NCBI RefSeq assembly: GCF_000020025.1
Contig: NC_010628.1
Span: forward strand, 1,020,001-1,052,000
Direction of reading: 5' to 3'
Length of the DNA: 32,000 nucleotides
Origin: Nostoc punctiforme PCC 73102
Lineage (GTDB): Bacteria; Cyanobacteriota; Cyanobacteriia; Cyanobacteriales; Nostocaceae
Position numbers and translations under genes: made by a program. Below, one piece after another: positions 16,489-25,250 of this stretch. The first letter of the stretch is position 1. Each line of letters starts with the position of its first letter. Below the pieces are notes generated by a model that ran no database searches, was not told the DNA's origin, and saw nothing but the letters and a program-made list of their open reading frames with translations.

Positions 16489-18855
16489 ATGACCGCCACA
16501 TCTCCTGCTTTCTTTTCCCCTCAAGAAATCGCTGCTGAAGGTCTTAAACCAGAAGAATACGCAGAAATTGTCCGTCGGTTAGGCCGTCATCCCAACAAAG
16601 CTGAACTGGGAATGTTCGGGGTAATGTGGTCAGAGCATTGCTGTTACAAAAATTCTCGGCCTCTACTCAAACAATTTCCTACTGAGGGACCCCGCATCCT
16701 CGTAGGTCCTGGTGAAAATGCTGGTGTTGTAGATTTGGGTGACGGACTCCAACTAGCTTTTAAGATTGAATCTCACAACCACCCATCAGCTGTAGAACCA
16801 TTTCAAGGTGCAGCAACTGGAGTAGGTGGTATTCTTAGAGATATTTTTACAATGGGTGCGCGTCCCATTGCTCTATTAAATTCCCTGCGCTTCGGTTCCC
16901 TAGAAGATGCCAAAACTCAAAGGCTGTTCCAAGGTGTAGTGGCGGGAATTTCACATTATGGTAATTGTGTGGGAGTACCCACCGTTGGCGGCGAAGTTTA
17001 TTTTGATCCGGCTTATTCTGGTAATCCCCTAGTGAATGTTATGGCACTAGGATTAATGGAAACCCAGGAAATCGTTAAATCTGGGGCATCTGGCTTAGGA
17101 AACCCCGTGCTGTATGTTGGTTCTACCACTGGGCGCGATGGTATGGGAGGCGCAAGTTTTGCCAGTGCAGAATTGAGCGATCAGTCAATAGACGATCGCC
17201 CTGCTGTGCAAGTGGGCGATCCATTTTTGGAAAAGTCGTTAATTGAAGCTTGTCTAGAGGCGTTTAAAACGGGTGCAGTTGTCGCCGCCCAAGATATGGG
17301 AGCAGCGGGTATCACCTGTTCTACCTCAGAAATGGCGGCAAAAGGTGGAGTAGGAATTGAACTAGATTTAGATAAAATTCCCGCAAGAGAAACGGGGATG
17401 GTTCCTTATGAATATCTACTTTCGGAATCTCAAGAACGAATGCTGTTTGTTGCCCATAAAGGGCGTGAGCAAGAATTAATCGACATTTTCCACCGTTGGG
17501 GGCTTCAAGCCGTTGTCGCTGGTACTGTCATCGCTGAACCCATTGTGCGGATTCTCTTTCAAGGTGGAGTAGCAGCAGAAATTCCCGCCGAGGCTTTGGC
17601 GGAAAATACGCCATTATATAACCGTGAATTGCTGGCAGAACCGCCAGAATATGCTCGTCAAGCTTGGGAATGGACTCCTGATTCTTTACCTGCTTGCACA
17701 ACTGCTGGCATAGAAATTCAAGGAGGGCAGCAAAGTTGGAATGATATTCTGTTAACTTTGCTCGATACACCCACGATCGCATCTAAAAACTGGGTATATC
17801 GTCAATATGACCATCAAGTACAGAATAATACAGTAATACTACCAGGTGGCGCTGATGCGGCTGTTATCCGGTTGCGCCCTCTTGAAGAAATTCCCAATCT
17901 AAAATCTAAAATCCCAAATCTAAAATTAGGGGTGGCTGCAACAGTAGATTGCAATCCTCGTTATGTTTATCTTCACCCCTACGAGGGAGCTAAGGCAGTG
18001 GTGGCAGAAGCTGCACGCAATCTTAGCTGTGTGGGTGCAGAACCTCTGGCGGTAACGGATAACCTAAATTTTGGCTCTCCAGAAAAACCGATTGGTTATT
18101 GGCAATTAGCAGAAGCTTGTCGCGGTTTGGCGGAAGGTTGCCGAGAATTGGCGACACCAGTCACAGGCGGAAATGTTTCTTTATACAATGAAACCCTTGA
18201 TTCTCAAGGCATTCCCCAACCTATTTATCCCACTCCTGTGGTGGGGATGGTGGGCTTGATTCCCGATATCACCAAAATTTGCGGACAAGGTTGGCAAGCA
18301 TCCGGCGACGTGATTTATCTTCTCGGATTGCCTCTAGCATCCAAAATCAGTTTGGGAGCATCTGAGTATTTAGCCACTATCCACAATACTGTTGCCGGAA
18401 AACCGCCACTGGTAGATTTTGACTTGGAACGCCGCGTCCAAAAAGTTTGTCGTGAAGGAATCCGTAATGGTTGGATACGTTCAGCCCATGATTCTGCTGA
18501 AGGGGGAGTGGCGATCGCATTAGCCGAATGTTGTATTGCTGGCAACCTTGGTGCTGAAATCAATTTAGAAATAGCACCAATGCAGAACCGTGTCGATGAG
18601 ATGCTGTTTGCCGAAGGTGGTGCCAGGATTTTAGTTTCTGTAACATCCGCACAGCAAGCAATTTGGGAATCATACTTACAGGAACATCTCGGTCAACAGT
18701 GGCAAATACTAGGTACAGTTGGTAATTTTGAGACGGGTTTGGGGGTTTTCACCACTGATAATCAGATCTTAATCAAAGTTAGTATCGAAGATATGAGCGA
18801 TCGCTATTCCCATGCGATCGCTAGACGTATCGCTACCAACACTGCTGTTTCTTAG
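16489..18855 (+). CDS. purL: Phosphoribosylformylglycinamidine synthase subunit PurL (FGAM synthase II)
   Basis: [35 protein letters not shown] and the duplicated PurM-like architecture. 788 aa. Confidence 0.95.
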   Translation: MTATSPAFFSPQEIAAEGLKPEEYAEIVRRLGRHPNKAELGMFGVMWSEHCCYKNSRPLLKQFPTEGPRILVGPGENAGVVDLGDGLQLAFKIESHNHPSAVEPFQGAATGVGGILRDIFTMGARPIALLNSLRFGSLEDAKTQRLFQGVVAGISHYGNCVGVPTVGGEVYFDPAYSGNPLVNVMALGLMETQEIVKSGASGLGNPVLYVGSTTGRDGMGGASFASAELSDQSIDDRPAVQVGDPFLEKSLIEACLEAFKTGAVVAAQDMGAAGITCSTSEMAAKGGVGIELDLDKIPARETGMVPYEYLLSESQERMLFVAHKGREQELIDIFHRWGLQAVVAGTVIAEPIVRILFQGGVAAEIPAEALAENTPLYNRELLAEPPEYARQAWEWTPDSLPACTTAGIEIQGGQQSWNDILLTLLDTPTIASKNWVYRQYDHQVQNNTVILPGGADAAVIRLRPLEEIPNLKSKIPNLKLGVAATVDCNPRYVYLHPYEGAKAVVAEAARNLSCVGAEPLAVTDNLNFGSPEKPIGYWQLAEACRGLAEGCRELATPVTGGNVSLYNETLDSQGIPQPIYPTPVVGMVGLIPDITKICGQGWQASGDVIYLLGLPLASKISLGASEYLATIHNTVAGKPPLVDFDLERRVQKVCREGIRNGWIRSAHDSAEGGVAIALAECCIAGNLGAEINLEIAPMQNRVDEMLFAEGGARILVSVTSAQQAIWESYLQEHLGQQWQILGTVGNFETGLGVFTTDNQILIKVSIEDMSDRYSHAIARRIATNTAVS
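17890..17926 (+). repeat. In-frame direct repeat inside purL (encodes [12 protein letters not shown])
   Basis: attcccaatctaaaatctaaaatcccaaatctaaaat: cccaatctaaaat and cccaaatctaaaat are direct copies. The composition resembles intergenic STRR/SDR-type repeats. Confidence 0.6.
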
Positions 18856-19028
18856 TCTTGAGTATTTCTTCACTCAGAAATTAGCACTAATCATTTAGAA
18901 CTATTAGCGTCTCTGGGCATAATTACGGTACTGTTTTAATAGATGGTTAAAGATTTATTAAGAAATCAATAATCTATCTATAGACATAATCCCAGTGACT
19001 TGACCCCCCCACCAGGAGCAAAGCTAGC

Positions 19029-20528
19029 ATGACCTCTATTCATTCTGTCACTTCGGATGAATACCCCGACCCTACCAACAACCCAATCAATAGTCATGAA
19101 AATCAGCCTGACAAGCCAGAAGAAGCTTGTGGTGTTTTTGGCATCTACGCACCAGGAGAAAACGTTGCTAAACTGACCTACTTTGGATTGTACGCCCTCC
19201 AGCATCGGGGTCAAGAATCAGCTGGGATTGCCACCTTTGAAGGTACACAAGTCCATCTCCACAAAGACATGGGCTTGGTGTCTCAAGTTTTTAATGAAAC
19301 CATCTTGGATCAATTGCCTGGTAGCCTTGCTGTTGGCCACACTCGCTATTCCACCACAGGTTCTAGCCGTAAAGTTAATGCCCAACCCGCAGTCCTGGAA
19401 ACTCGCTTAGGTTCATTAGCTCTTGCACACAATGGTAATTTAGTCAATACAGTGCAACTGCGTCAAGAGTTGCTTGAGAAAAAATACAACTTAGTTACCA
19501 CAACAGACTCAGAAATGATTGCTTTTGCGATCGCAGAAGCCATCAATGCTGGTGCAGATTGGCTAGAAGGTTCAATTCAAGCATTTCACCGTTGTGAAGG
19601 AGCCTTTAGTTTAGTTATTGGCACTCCTAACGGTGTTATGGGTGTCCGTGACACCAATGGTATTCGTCCCTTAGTAATTGGAACTTTAGCAGGTAATCCA
19701 GTTCGTTACGTTTTGGCTTCTGAGACTTGTGGTTTAGACATCATTGGAGCCGAATACCTGCGAGATGTAGAACCAGGCGAATTAGTTTGGATTACTGAAG
19801 AAGGTTTAGCTTCCTATCATTGGAGTCAACAGCCCCAAAGGAAATTGTGTATCTTCGAGATGATTTACTTTGCCCGTCCTGATAGCATCATGCACAACGA
19901 GAGTTTGTACAGCTATCGGATGCGCTTAGGACACCAACTAGCTAAAGAATCTTGTGTCGATGCCGATATTGTCTTTGGTGTTCCTGATTCTGGTATTCCT
20001 GCTGCGATCGGATTTTCTCAAGCTTCTGGTGTAGCTTACGCTGAAGGACTGATTAAAAACCGCTATGTTGGACGAACCTTTATTCAGCCAACACAAACCA
20101 TGCGCGAGTCAGGTATCCGTATGAAACTTAACCCGCTTAAAGATGTGCTGGCGGGTAAACGAGTAATTATTGTTGATGACTCCATTGTTCGCGGTACTAC
20201 CAGCCGAAAACTAGTCAAAACCTTGCGTGAAGCGGGTGCAGTGGAAGTACACATGCGGATCTCTTCCCCACCAGTAACTCATCCTTGCTTCTATGGCATC
20301 GATACCGATTCTCAGGATCAGCTGATTGCTGCTACCAAGTCAGTAGCGGAAATTGCCAAGCAACTGGAAGTAGACAGCCTCGCCTATCTCAGTTGGGAAG
20401 GAATGCTAGAAGCGACACGAGAAGACACCAATAGTTTCTGCTCTGCCTGTTTTACTGGAGATTATCCCGTGGCGATTCCTGAGCAAGTGAAGCGTTCTAA
20501 GTTGAGTTTAGAAAAGGTAGTGGTGTAG
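19029..20528 (+). CDS. purF: Amidophosphoribosyltransferase
   Basis: Propeptide followed by the catalytic CGVFGIYA. PRPP loop VIIVDDSIVRGTT. Fe-S Cys residues near the C-terminus (CFYGID, CSACFTGDYP). Confidence 0.95.
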   Translation: MTSIHSVTSDEYPDPTNNPINSHENQPDKPEEACGVFGIYAPGENVAKLTYFGLYALQHRGQESAGIATFEGTQVHLHKDMGLVSQVFNETILDQLPGSLAVGHTRYSTTGSSRKVNAQPAVLETRLGSLALAHNGNLVNTVQLRQELLEKKYNLVTTTDSEMIAFAIAEAINAGADWLEGSIQAFHRCEGAFSLVIGTPNGVMGVRDTNGIRPLVIGTLAGNPVRYVLASETCGLDIIGAEYLRDVEPGELVWITEEGLASYHWSQQPQRKLCIFEMIYFARPDSIMHNESLYSYRMRLGHQLAKESCVDADIVFGVPDSGIPAAIGFSQASGVAYAEGLIKNRYVGRTFIQPTQTMRESGIRMKLNPLKDVLAGKRVIIVDDSIVRGTTSRKLVKTLREAGAVEVHMRISSPPVTHPCFYGIDTDSQDQLIAATKSVAEIAKQLEVDSLAYLSWEGMLEATREDTNSFCSACFTGDYPVAIPEQVKRSKLSLEKVVV

Positions 20529-20563
20529 AGGCTGGGAGCATTAGGGAGATGAGGGAGTAGGAA

Positions 20564-20597
20564 GAGCAAGGAGTGAATAACTCTTAACTCCTTGCTC
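20564..20597. terminator. Perfect 11-bp stem hairpin between convergent purF and a small gene, nested in a longer imperfect palindrome (about 20533-20618)
   Basis: gagcaaggagt-gaataactctta-actccttgctc. Outer arms gggagcattag / ctaatgcccc. Confidence 0.5.
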
Positions 20598-20647
20598 CCA
20601 ACTAATGCCCCATTTTCACTCAGGCTATATTGCCTAATTTTACTTGT

Positions 20648-20676
20648 GCGATGTCTACGACGGGCTACGCCTACGC
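20648..20676. repeat. Copy of a small dispersed Nostocales repeat (gtctacgacgggctacgcctacgc type)
   Basis: gcgatgtctacgacgggctacgcctacgc read directly. I recognise it from memory as a sequence recurring in Nostoc/Anabaena intergenic DNA. There is only one copy in this window. Confidence 0.4.
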
Positions 20677-20712
20677 ATCCTTATTTACTTAATACAAGTT
20701 TATATAATTGGC

Positions 20713-20994
20713 TTAACTGTGCTGTAAAAACTCAACCTTTGGCAATAACGGGTCAGTTACAATACCCACACCGCTAAAACCCCAGCGTTTGAGCAAATTT
20801 CCCAACTGTGTACGCGGAATAGATTCCACAGTAAAGCGATTTGCCACTTCTGCCGCATGGGTGTTGAGATAGCTAAGGGCATCAAAGTTTTCTTGAAACA
20901 GTAATAAATAACCCGATGTTTCGGTGTCAGGACGAGCTATGAGATAATTACCGTCAGTTTTTGAGCGCACCAAGTAATAGACTTCGGACAGCAT
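20713..20994 (-). CDS. Small conserved hypothetical protein (93 aa)
   Basis: I prefer the ATG at 20994 (MLSEVYYLVRSKTDGNYLIARPD...) because the upstream extension in the ORF track is encoded by heptamer repeats. No secure family name. Confidence 0.6.
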   Translation of the reverse strand: MLSEVYYLVRSKTDGNYLIARPDTETSGYLLLFQENFDALSYLNTHAAEVANRFTVESIPRTQLGNLLKRWGFSGVGIVTDPLLPKVEFLQHS

Positions 20995-21023
20995 GGAGAT
21001 GGAGATGGGGAGAGTGGGATTAA

Positions 21024-21050
21024 ACCAATGACAAATGACCAATGACTAAT
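21024..21050. repeat. STRR array of the TGACCAA/TGACAAA/TGACTAA type (STRR2-like)
   Basis: accaatgacaaatgaccaatgactaat. It overlaps the permease stop codon (21046-21048). Confidence 0.7.
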
Positions 21051-22092
21051 TGAGATTTTCTAGCCGAATGCGTGGATCGGCAGCTTTTAACATCAAATCG
21101 GCGATTAAATTACCAGCAATTAGCAACACTGCGCCCATTACCAAGCTTGCCATTAACAAATATAAATCTTGAGCTTGTAAAGCCTGTAAAGTCAACCTCC
21201 CTAAACCGGGCCAGTTGAAGAAAAATTCGGCAATGAAAGCACCGTTTAATAAACCAGCTAATTCAAAACCCAATAAGGTAATCAAGGGATTTACGGCGTT
21301 ACGAAGTGCATGAACGTAGATAACGCGATTTTCTGGCAATCCTTTAGCGCGAGCCGTTTGAATATAATCTTGACGCAGCACATCCAATAATTCGCCGCGA
21401 GTGATGCGTTGTAAACCAGCAAAACTAGTAATTGAGAGGGCAATCGTAGGTAAAATCATGTGCCAGCCGACATCTAAGATTTTGCCAAACCACGTTAGTT
21501 CTGAGTGATTAATGCTAGTCATGCTACCCACGGGGAATAAGGGCGAGGTGATTTGGGCTAAAACCAGCAGTGCCAAGGCAGTGATGAAACTGGGAAAGCC
21601 TTGTCCGGCATAGCTAATCACCTGTAAAAGCCGATCTGATAGCTTATTTTGGTTAACAGCAGCAAAAATCCCTAGAGGGATGGCGATCGCCCATGTGACA
21701 ATTAAAGATGCGATCGCTAATAGCAAAGTTGCTGGTACTCTTTCCCACAACAGCGATGCCACTGAACGTTGATAAATAAAACTCGTGCCAAAATCTCCTT
21801 TTGTCAAGATTCGCCATAGCCATAGCCAAAATTGCTCTGGCCAAGACTTATCAAGACCAAATTGCCGCTTTATTTCCTCAATTCTTTCTGGAGATATCTT
21901 CGGGTTTTGCCGCAGCGTATCTACATAATCCCCTGGAGCGAGTTGAATAATGAAAAACGATAATGCTGATGCCAAAAACAGAGTCAGTAGTGCCTGCAAT
22001 ACCCGCTTTGCCACATAAATAAAAGTTTCGCTCGTGACTAGCCTGATTAGCCAATCCCTACCTGTCTCCAAGGAAATTCTCGTAGATGTCAT
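21046..22092 (-). CDS. ABC transporter permease, DppB/OppB (peptide/nickel) family
   Basis: 348 aa with six-TM-type hydrophobicity. EAA-loop region DYIQTARAKGLPENRVIYVHALRNAVNPLITLLG. No cognate permease, ATPase or binding protein in the window. Confidence 0.85.
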   Translation of the reverse strand: MTSTRISLETGRDWLIRLVTSETFIYVAKRVLQALLTLFLASALSFFIIQLAPGDYVDTLRQNPKISPERIEEIKRQFGLDKSWPEQFWLWLWRILTKGDFGTSFIYQRSVASLLWERVPATLLLAIASLIVTWAIAIPLGIFAAVNQNKLSDRLLQVISYAGQGFPSFITALALLVLAQITSPLFPVGSMTSINHSELTWFGKILDVGWHMILPTIALSITSFAGLQRITRGELLDVLRQDYIQTARAKGLPENRVIYVHALRNAVNPLITLLGFELAGLLNGAFIAEFFFNWPGLGRLTLQALQAQDLYLLMASLVMGAVLLIAGNLIADLMLKAADPRIRLENLN

Positions 22093-22165
22093 TTGTCCTT
22101 TGTCCTTTGTTATTTGTTATTTGTCCTTTGCTAATGACCAATGACTAATGACCAATGACAAATAA
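22093..22165. repeat. Two abutting STRR arrays filling the whole permease-apt spacer: TTTGTCC/TTTGTTA x5 then CTAATGA/CCAATGA x5
   Basis: ttgtcctttgtcctttgttatttgttatttgtcctttg + ctaatgaccaatgactaatgaccaatgacaaataac. Confidence 0.85.
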
Positions 22166-22684
22166 CTAATATTCAATTAGAGAGATAATCGGCACGTCCG
22201 GCAAATATTTACGCCCTTCTAAGTCCCGTAGCTCGATAATAAACCCAAATCCTACTAATTCGCAGCCAATTTTCTGCACTAACTTTGCTGTTGCACTCGC
22301 AGTTCCACCCGTAGCAATCAAATCGTCCACAATCAAAACTCGGCTACTGTGACGTAAAGCGTCTTGATGCACTTCCAGACAGTCAGTACCATACTCTAGA
22401 TCGTATTCAATTGAGTGAACTGCTGCTGGTAACTTACCTCTTTTGCGAATGGGAATAAAACCAGCCCCTAATTGATAAGCCAGAGGTGAGCCAAAAATAA
22501 ATCCTCTTGACTCTATACCAATTACATAATCTGGCTTTATTTCAGCTTCTTTGCATTTTTGTGTTAAAAAGTCAATAGTGTAGCGCAATCCCTCTGGATC
22601 GCGCAGTAATGTAGTAATATCCCGAAATAAAATTCCGGGTTTGGGAAAATCTGGAATGTCACGAACGAGAGACTTCAAATCCAT
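22166..22684 (-). CDS. apt: Adenine phosphoribosyltransferase
   Basis: 172 aa. FRDITTLL and the PRPP motif [14 protein letters not shown]. Confidence 0.95.
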   Translation of the reverse strand: MDLKSLVRDIPDFPKPGILFRDITTLLRDPEGLRYTIDFLTQKCKEAEIKPDYVIGIESRGFIFGSPLAYQLGAGFIPIRKRGKLPAAVHSIEYDLEYGTDCLEVHQDALRHSSRVLIVDDLIATGGTASATAKLVQKIGCELVGFGFIIELRDLEGRKYLPDVPIISLIEY

Positions 22685-22689
22685 AAGAT

Positions 22690-22741
22690 GGGGAATGGGG
22701 AATGGGGAATGGGGAATGGGGAATGGGGAATGGGGAATGGG
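22690..22741. repeat. STRR array GGGGAAT x7 plus a partial copy, immediately upstream of the apt start
   Basis: Seven perfect tandem heptamers counted from 22690. Confidence 0.95.
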
Positions 22742-22789
22742 TAAGAAGAGGAGCAGGCTAAGTATGGGAAAAAGTATTGATTATTGACC

Positions 22790-22830
22790 AATTCCCAATT
22801 CTCAATTCCCAATTCCCAATCCCCAATTTT
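22790..22830. repeat. Inverted-orientation STRR array (AATTCCC/AATTCTC/AATCCCC x5-6)
   Basis: aattcccaattctcaattcccaattcccaatccccaatttt is the reverse-complement family of GGGGAAT. It is separated from the first array by 48 nt. Confidence 0.9.
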
Positions 22831-23134
22831 CAGATACCTGAAAAATCGTACACTATAATGTCATACGCTGGGGGTCGAAGCTGAAGCTTTGTCTTTTATT
22901 GACGATAATTAGAATCTAAACCAAGCTAGAAAAGGTATTACATTCATAAATGAGGTGAATTAACTTATGTTTTAAAACTTTGATTTCAATATAGGGAAAA
23001 CTTTGAGTAGAAAGAGTTAAGTAATGTATATATCAGGTAGTTATGCTACTGCTACAAGTCTAATGTTCTTGTCTGGCTACCGATCTTAAATTTGTTTTAT
23101 CTAGTCTGTTGGAACCGCATAAGGTATTTATCGA

Positions 23135-23761
23135 ATGAATGTCTCAGCAAGTTTAACGCCGTTCAACAGTCCAACTCAAGATTCACTGCCGATGATTCTG
23201 GACACTTTGCCAGATCCTGCGATCACTTCCAAGACTTGTCCTCGGAGAACGCGGTTGCAAATCGACCTGATTTTATTGGCAATTGAAGCTTTAGAGCTTG
23301 GTGGTTCGGAAGCAATCCTGAGTTTTGCTCAAGAGTTGGATTTAAAAGGAATTGTTAAAGACAGAGTGAATTTATGGCGAATGCGTAGCTCTAACCCGCT
23401 ACGAAGAGCGCATATCCGCCGTCCCTTAACTATTATGGAAGCAAAAGCTCTGGTAGTAATTGCTTGCTACATAGCGCGGCGTTTAACTGTTGTCATTCGC
23501 CAGTTACTAATGATATGTCAACAAATGGAAGAAAAGCAGATTCCATTAGAACAGAATTTGCGTCTATCTAATTATCTAGAGCGGTTTAGAGCGCATTTTA
23601 AAAGCCGGATGAATGCTCGGCGTTCTGGTGTACTAGCATTAACTTCTGATGAAAAATTAGATGAGCTAGCTATAAATTTGTTAGGACAATTACTATTTTG
23701 TACTGGTACAGCTGGAATGCAGCGATTCTGGATTAGTCTTTTTGACGGTGAAGTGGAATGA
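23135..23761 (+). CDS. DUF3038-like conserved cyanobacterial protein of unknown function
   Basis: CPRRTRLQIDLILLAIEALELGG...RVNLWRMRSSNPLRR...RMNARR...GMQRFWISLFDGEVE matches my recollection of the DUF3038 family. Confidence 0.7.
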   Translation: MNVSASLTPFNSPTQDSLPMILDTLPDPAITSKTCPRRTRLQIDLILLAIEALELGGSEAILSFAQELDLKGIVKDRVNLWRMRSSNPLRRAHIRRPLTIMEAKALVVIACYIARRLTVVIRQLLMICQQMEEKQIPLEQNLRLSNYLERFRAHFKSRMNARRSGVLALTSDEKLDELAINLLGQLLFCTGTAGMQRFWISLFDGEVE

Positions 23762-25200
23762 ATATTCAACGTAAGTACAGTCTTCCTAATTGTACACTTC
23801 TTTTAGAAGGCTTAAGTGATGTCACTAGGGCTGCACACTTCCAGGAAATGCGCCCGGAATTATCAATATTGGTAAATGCAGAATGCTATTTATCTGGTTA
23901 TAATCAGCCACTAACGGGAGGGCGGGAATTTTTTGAAAGTTTGGTGAGGGCTGTTAGTGGGTATGCCCAAGAATTTTTAAGTAGTGTACCTAATCCCCAA
24001 GCACACAATCAGGAATCGGAGCTAGTAGAGTTTCGGAAAGTTGATAGCAACCGACACAGATTAATCATACATTCCGAAGGAGCTCCAGAGGGATTCGATC
24101 GCTCTAACAATCCCAAACGTCCGCCAATTGAAATAGATTTGAATACGGTGCAGTTGTTTGATTTAGTAGAAGCAGTGGATCAGTTTTTTGCTGATACCCA
24201 AACTTTACCTGAACTTTCTCTAGAACTACAACCAGTTACCAGACGCTATGGCGGTGCTAGTCAAGCTTTGGTTAGGCAGGCTGTACCTGCTGCTGTGGGT
24301 GTGTCAAGTTTAGCAGTAGCTGCGATCGCCTTTAACTTGATTCCACCTCCCCAACTGCGTTCACCGCAGCCAAAAACAGATGAACAAAGTAGCTCTACAA
24401 TAAACAATATCACTCCTCCAGCATCAGCGGCTGCAACACCCATTGCTGCTGCAACGCCTACATTAACGCCCACACTAACGCCTACAGCTAATGGAAAGCC
24501 GGCAGTTAAAGATTTAGAAGCACTTTTAAATACAGTTCCAGAAATTACCGATCCATCCCAGTTACGTGCATTGAATCGTCAAGTTTACAACCAAGTTCAT
24601 CCAGCTTGGACTAATCGCTCAGGATTGCAACAAGATTTGATCTATCGTCTAGGTGTAGCTGCGGATGGAGCGATTGTCGGTTATAAAGCAGTGAATAAAG
24701 AGGCAAATCTAGGAGTAGGTCAAACTCCTCTGCCAAACGTACTTTACAATCCAGCTACCCGCCCTCCCATTTCCAATGAACCAATCGCCCAATTTCGAGT
24801 AGTATTTACTACACAGGGTGTGCTACAAGTTAGCCCTTGGCGGGGATATGCTAGAACGCCAGAGGTAGTGGGTACAAAAATTACTGACTCTAAGATAGTC
24901 AAAAATTTAAATCAAAAGCTTTATAGTACAGTTCGGCAAACTTGGAGTGGCACTCGCACCTTTACGCGAGATTTGAAATATCGGGTAGCAGTCAACAAAA
25001 ATGGTGTAATTGCTGACTATGAACCACTCAACCAAGTTGCCTTTGACTATTTTCGGGAAACACCCCTTCCGAAGATGTTTAATGCTATCTACGGTTCCAA
25101 TGTAGCAGCTCCCAACGATAAAGAACCTCTCGCCCACTTCCAAGTAATATTCAAGCCTAGCGGCAACCTGGAAGTTACACCTTGGAAGGGATATCAGTAA
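23758..25200 (+). CDS. DUF4335-like conserved cyanobacterial membrane protein of unknown function
   Basis: ATGA overlap with the upstream gene. N-terminal domain (YSLPNCTLLLEGL...), TM AVPAAVGVSSLAVAAIAFNLI, Pro/Thr/Ala linker, then two similar C-terminal modules of about 100 aa each ending PW(R/K)GY. Confidence 0.65.
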   Translation: MNIQRKYSLPNCTLLLEGLSDVTRAAHFQEMRPELSILVNAECYLSGYNQPLTGGREFFESLVRAVSGYAQEFLSSVPNPQAHNQESELVEFRKVDSNRHRLIIHSEGAPEGFDRSNNPKRPPIEIDLNTVQLFDLVEAVDQFFADTQTLPELSLELQPVTRRYGGASQALVRQAVPAAVGVSSLAVAAIAFNLIPPPQLRSPQPKTDEQSSSTINNITPPASAAATPIAAATPTLTPTLTPTANGKPAVKDLEALLNTVPEITDPSQLRALNRQVYNQVHPAWTNRSGLQQDLIYRLGVAADGAIVGYKAVNKEANLGVGQTPLPNVLYNPATRPPISNEPIAQFRVVFTTQGVLQVSPWRGYARTPEVVGTKITDSKIVKNLNQKLYSTVRQTWSGTRTFTRDLKYRVAVNKNGVIADYEPLNQVAFDYFRETPLPKMFNAIYGSNVAAPNDKEPLAHFQVIFKPSGNLEVTPWKGYQ

Positions 25201-25202
25201 TT

Positions 25203-25249
25203 GGGTATGGGGCATGGGAAAGAGAATTAAGTCCAATGCCCAATGCCCA
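25203..25249. repeat. Inverted GGGGCAT/ATGCCCC-type heptamer arms filling the 50-nt convergent junction (probable bidirectional terminator)
   Basis: gggtatggggcatggg ... ccaatgcccaatgccca. Confidence 0.6.
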
Positions 25250-25250
25250 T

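Noticed and set aside
22850-22860. Perfect tataat box about 280 nt upstream of the DUF3038-like gene
   Set aside because: A single hexamer in AT-rich DNA, with no convincing -35 element or downstream structured RNA, is not enough to call a promoter.
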